A DNA stretch of 64,000 nt from Schmidtea nova. Its lineage: Eukaryota. This document shows, in pieces, positions 63,136 through 64,000 of the stretch. The position numbers and the translations under genes are program-made. Position 1 is the stretch's first letter, and the number at the start of each line of letters is the position of its first letter. The DNA is taken from positions 321,966,001 to 322,030,000 of the forward strand of contig CM097882.1 of assembly GCA_044892505.1 (NCBI GenBank). The letters are read 5' to 3'. The notes below the pieces were generated by a model, which had not been told where the DNA came from, did no database searches, and saw only the letters and a program-made list of their open reading frames with translations.

Positions 63136-64000
63136 CAGATGATTTTCAGTAAAATAAAGGAAATAAATATATGAAAGAACCGAAATCCTAGACAAAGTCG
63201 GATAATATTTTTCAATTTAATTTACTTTTAAAATATATTTCTCATTACTATATAATTTTTTTGCTGCTAGTTTTTTGGAAGAAAAATAGTTATCTCTCTG
63301 TGAATTTAATAACTAGTGTAAGATATAAATATGAGAATGTACCAAAGATTTATGGGTTTGCACAAAAAAGTATTTAAAAAATTGCAAATTTTCAAACGCA
63401 AGGCAGATAAAACTTAAAAATTTAAATTCAGAATAAAAATAATTAAAAATTAATATTTTGACGATGAAAAGGTATGAGGGTCAGCAAATAAAAAGTTCAA
63501 GATGAATACAATAATTAAAATTTGATTGTAGATCCTCAGGTAAAGGTATTTTGAAAATTAATTATACAAAAAATCAATGATAATCCCTTAAAGAATACGA
63601 GATTGTCGATTTCAAAAGGCACTTTAGCGGTCTGCCAAATTAAGACTTAATCATATAATTATAATATCTTTAATGTTAACAGTTCACAGGAATCACTGTG
63701 TCCAGTCGATAAAACCAAATTTAGTTTGAAATTTTGTCGATAATTAGAAATGTTGCAAAGATATATAAAAAGGAGAGGCCCGATAGGACAAGTGCCAGAG
63801 GCAAATGGACAGTCCAGAAAATTAGAGTATCATAGAGAAAATAGCGTTTCCAGAGTAATAATTATAAAAACGAGTAATTATTCTTTTGTATAGCAAAGAC
63901 TAAGCCCAACCAAGTTAAATCGTAGCAGTAGCACGACATGTAGAGATCAACAGAAAACACCAAATAAACAAAATTAATAACATATAAAAAATTAATTAAA

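Overview
AT-rich eukaryotic scaffold with 3 N-gaps, most likely a freshwater planarian (Dugesiidae). The assignment rests on a 42-nt copy of the planarian spliced leader at 32971 and a planarian-type amidated neuropeptide precursor at 42468. The left half is one apparently intact giant (~29.9 kb) Ty3/gypsy LTR retroelement on the minus strand, with 3.24-kb protein-coding LTRs and a tRNA-Pro-like PBS. Its single 5649-codon ORF reads Gag, 3 CCHC knuckles, 4 ubiquitin-like folds, AT-hook, Bcl-2-like domain, a chuvirus/gB-type class III fusion glycoprotein placed between Gag and protease, PR, RT, RNase H, IN, ankyrin repeats, and two duplicated FN3-like membrane modules. Stand-alone cargo ORFs are a full-length TRAF, an IAP-type RING, two coiled-coil proteins, a small type I membrane protein and two LTR ORFs, one with a Tat/Rev-like Arg-rich motif. 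All seven distinct cargo ORFs have an AG 0-3 nt before the ATG, suggesting expression by cis- or SL trans-splicing, and the LTR carries an antisense SL-like 18-mer. My reading is an enveloped, retrovirus-like element with an apoptosis/TNF-NF-kB/ubiquitin toolkit. Giant planarian 'Burro' gypsy elements are already published, so the size class is probably not new; the env placement, Bcl-2/Ubl/FN3 cargo and splicing logic are what need checking. The right half is mostly decayed transposons (BEL/Pao, pogo, hAT, Tc1/IS630, Penelope with hammerhead motifs, foldback MITEs), processed copies of host mRNAs and one neuropeptide gene. All domain calls are by-eye motif recognition; no searches were run.
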